A stretch of DNA of 37,376 nt, taken from assembly GCA_032718475.1 (NCBI GenBank), contig JAUCBJ010002467.1, forward strand, positions 1-37,376. The letters run 5' to 3'. The notes beneath the pieces were generated by a model. That model was not told where the DNA came from, made no database searches, and saw only the letters and a program-made list of their open reading frames with translations. Both the position numbers and the translations under genes were made by a program. Source of the stretch: Nemertoderma westbladi (lineage: Eukaryota > Animalia > Xenacoelomorpha). Positions 34,118 to 37,376 of the stretch are shown here, in pieces (the stretch's first letter is position 1; every line of letters starts with the position of its first letter).

Positions 34118-34526
34118 CTGGAATAAATTTAGAAACTACAGGTAGAAAAGTAAACGAAACTGCCTATACTTTAACAACAAAAAACCCAATCTTAATCTGG
34201 GCTCGAACCCAGTTCTTTCATATCCTAAATCTGCCACTTAACGAGTGACCATCTATACCAAAGATATAATATCACCACTACAACAAAAATTACATTCTTT
34301 CTGAGGGTCCCTCTTTTCTACTACTACAACTACCTACCTCTCATAATCAACTTTGTATATAAAAAAATAACAAATAAATAAAATTTAAAAAATACCAGTG
34401 GACCATGACCATGTTCATGACCATAACAATAACCAATACACATTATAACTTATGGCTAGTGCTTCCTAACTGTATTTCTAACTGCGGCATTATTTCCGCG
34501 TGTCTCAAGAACTATGTCATTCTAAC

Positions 34527-34703
34527 CTGGGGTTGTATTTCCGCAAACTCTACTACGTTAGATAGCATACGACCTTCCACATATGATCTCTCAGAAGCCG
34601 ACCTATCCGAAATCGTCTTAGCCTCCGACTTGCTTCCGACTTGATCGGGAAGTTTACCCGTGGATGAGGAGTACACGGGGGGTTGTCCGAAGTGGGGATC
34701 CAA
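34527..34703 (-). CDS. IQCH: Probable IQCH exon (1st visible), poorly conserved region
   Basis: TTTCAG| acceptor and CAG|GTTAGA donor, 177 bp open in phase 0/0 compatible with the next exon, coding-like GC content. Peptide not independently recognised. Confidence 0.6.
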
Positions 34704-35399
34704 CTGAAATAGTTAACAAACTCGGAATAAAAAAAAATAATTAATAATTCTTTTTTTTTTACGAACAATTTAATATATTTTGGTGCAATAAAAACCATCA
34801 GGGTATATAGCCGCATGTACTGTAGTAGGCCTACTGTATGTGATTGCTCTCCTAGCCTACTACAACGTCATTCTAATCAACACATCAAGTTTCCTCTGCA
34901 TTTTTTTTTATTGTATCCACTATTATTGATTGGATTACTGATTTCTGAATTATAAGTAATACGACAACAAACTGAATCCATGATAGTTTGATATTTTGTT
35001 ACAAATTGTGCTTCTTGAATTTGCAAAATAAACATTGAGGCAAGTTGTGAAACAGAGTGAAAAAATACACGAAATACACATAAGACACGCTTTTTTAATT
35101 TACGTAGGACTATTTCAGTTGCTTACTCGTTTGTTGACCAAAATTCAGAAATTGTGTTTTCAGTTTTTCACAAAACAAAACGCGCCAACACAATCTCAAA
35201 GCATTCGAACACATAGAATAGTATCTACCATATTTTATAACTACAGTATACGTTAGAAATGAAAAGTGCATTTTATAAATAAATGGTGTCATGACAGAAC
35301 ATCATAAGTTGATTTTTAGAGTCCAGAGATTATCGAACTAAAACGTTGATTTTATTTGAATAATTAATACATTGTTTTTTAAATATTTATTTAAGTACA

Positions 35400-36305
35400 C
35401 CATGACCTGTAATCATAAAAGTAAAATGGAATAGTGCTTCTTCGGAGCAGTTTAGAATTACCAATGGAGTTAGACAAGGATCGGTGGCTTCACCAATCCT
35501 GTTTTGTGTTATTGTTAACAAGATGATAATCAAGTTGCGTCAATCTGGCGTTGGTTGTCACATTGGTTCAAGGTATTTCGGGATTGTTGTCTATGCAGAC
35601 GACATTCTGCTTCTTTGTCCATCCATTCCGACGGGTCTTCAGTATATGGTTAACCTTTGTTCTGATTTGCCAGAAAAAAACAGAATGAAATTTAGTACCA
35701 ACGTCGATCCTACAAAGAGCAAAACAACCTGTGTTCCATTTGCTGCTAAATGGTCCCCTCCGAGTTTCTAGATCGTGCTCAATGGTGACAAACTTCCATG
35801 GGTAAAAGAAATGAACCATCTCGGCAACATGTTCCACTACTCGAACAAGTTTGATAGAGATCTCTGTCTTAAACGGGGAAGTTTTATCGGGAAGATGAAT
35901 TGTCTCCGCCAAGAATTATTTTTTGCACACCCAGCTACTCAGTCAGAATTGCATAGAGTTTATACAACTAGTTTCTATGGAAACGGATTCTGGGACATCT
36001 TTTTCGGATGCTTGTGTGCGGCTCGTAACTGCTTGGAACAAGAATTTGAGAACTACCTGGAATCTCCCATATAATACACACAGGTGCATCGTTGAACATC
36101 TGAATCCCTTCCAGCATCCTTTTGTCATGCTGTGTTCGAGATTTGTAGGGTTTGCAAAACGACTGTTATTGTCGATTATGAATAAGCCATCGTTATTCTT
36201 CCTTGCGAATCTATGTCTATTCGATTGTAGAATTGTTTCTGGTAGGAACCTATACAATATTGCAGCTAAGGTCAACGTAAACGTGAAGGATCTTAATTTT
36301 TTTTT
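35400..36305 (+). mobile_element. Degenerate non-LTR retrotransposon RT fragment
   Basis: NGVRQGSVASPILF, GVGCHIG, VYADDILLL, KSKT, HLG and YG..FW motifs spread across frameshifted ORFs. Confidence 0.88.
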
Positions 36306-36936
36306 AAACTACACCCCTCTTCGGGGTAATAAAACTTTTATTTCTCAATAAAATTTAAATAAAACCGGTCCAAACTAGAAATACTGTATATACATATGAA
36401 TGATAATAATATGCTAGAGAACAATGTGAGTTATGGTTTATGTATTTGTATTTATGGTACTTTTGTGGTTAGTGGCCCAATGAGGACAACGATGGACATG
36501 ATTTGCATTTGATTGCATGGTATCGATCTTGTGAGCTTTTGTGGCAGTATTTGCAGCAGCATTCAGGAGACAGTTCGTGGAATATAGTTCGTGGAAGGAT
36601 CTTAATACGAACATGTTTAAGAGTGGTTTTGTAATCCTAGCGGATCAGATATAGTTAGGGTTGTAAGAGAATTAGTTGAGTGTCGCTATAACCTGTGTAT
36701 CACCGCGCTTCACAAATGAGGAGCTGGACTATATTATATTAAAGTTTGTTTGTACGTCATAATTCCCTTAACTTAAATTATTATATTGTGCTATTTTTAT
36801 GTATATATTTTTTTATTCTTCTTCCTTTGGTACATTATATTATATTTACTACTACTGTACGTAAGACAATGTGTATTTTTATTTTCTATATTTCCTTTCC
36901 GTATCTGTGTGCTACATTCGTTTGATCGTATGCACG

Positions 36937-36958
36937 AATAATAATAATAATAATAATA
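36937..36958 (+). repeat. (AAT)n microsatellite, possibly a LINE 3' tail
   Basis: AAT x7 following an AT-rich 3'-UTR-like stretch. Confidence 0.6.
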
Positions 36959-37376
36959 GTGTCATTTTTTGATGACACGGACCCCCGCCCAAATTTTTCT
37001 ACAAATCTTTATCATATTGCTTGAAATTTGAAACACCACTAGTTCCACTCACCGTCGTTGACCCCATGAAGCCGGAAATTTCAATTTCGCCTTAAAATGT
37101 TTTTTAATAAGCGTTTTAAAAAAGTGTCTTTCGCGTAATCGCACCCTCCGTGTCGTGGCCATTCTTCACATTAGTCGTAATTTTTCTTATCATTAGAAAG
37201 CTTGCGTTGCAAGGATTCAAAATATGTAACAATATCTGAATTTCGTTGAGAATCAGCTGAGATAAAGGCTTCCAAAGATTTCAAGAATTATCGTTCGCTG
37301 CAGGCCATTTATTCTATTTAATAAATACACAATGTTCTGGAACAATTTGTTTATGTATGATTAGCTACGCAATCAC

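Noticed and set aside
36959-37376. Possible start of another HINE-like element (GTGTCAT..ATGACAC palindrome)
   Set aside because: The other terminus is not in the window, so it cannot be supported.

Overview
Eukaryotic (invertebrate-like metazoan) genomic DNA, AT-rich and repeat-dense. It is not prokaryotic and has no CRISPR array. Seven spliced exons of an IQCH (IQ motif-containing H) gene lie on the minus strand (34703 down to 19077) with consistent GT-AG phases. The expected downstream exons were not found, so 1-19076 may be one large intron. That region holds an intronless non-muscle myosin II regulatory light chain gene (+), two identical U4 snRNA genes in opposite orientation, and nested transposons (RTE LINE, MULE-like element with a 9-bp TSD, Helentron/HINE-like elements). 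Two observations stand out. (1) A ~720-bp insertion (17582-18304) flanked by a 12-bp TSD consists of two inverted, circularly permuted copies of a ~410-nt non-coding unit. In that unit a tRNA-like Pol III head runs directly into a minimal type I hammerhead ribozyme, giving a SINE/retrozyme-like element. (2) Two IQCH introns begin with tandem arrays made from the exon's own 3' end plus the splice donor (22 bp x8; 52 bp x45). The same amplification of functional boundaries is seen at a LINE 3' end, the U4 3' ends and a HINE subterminal repeat. A ~9-kb 53-bp satellite fills almost an entire IQCH intron.
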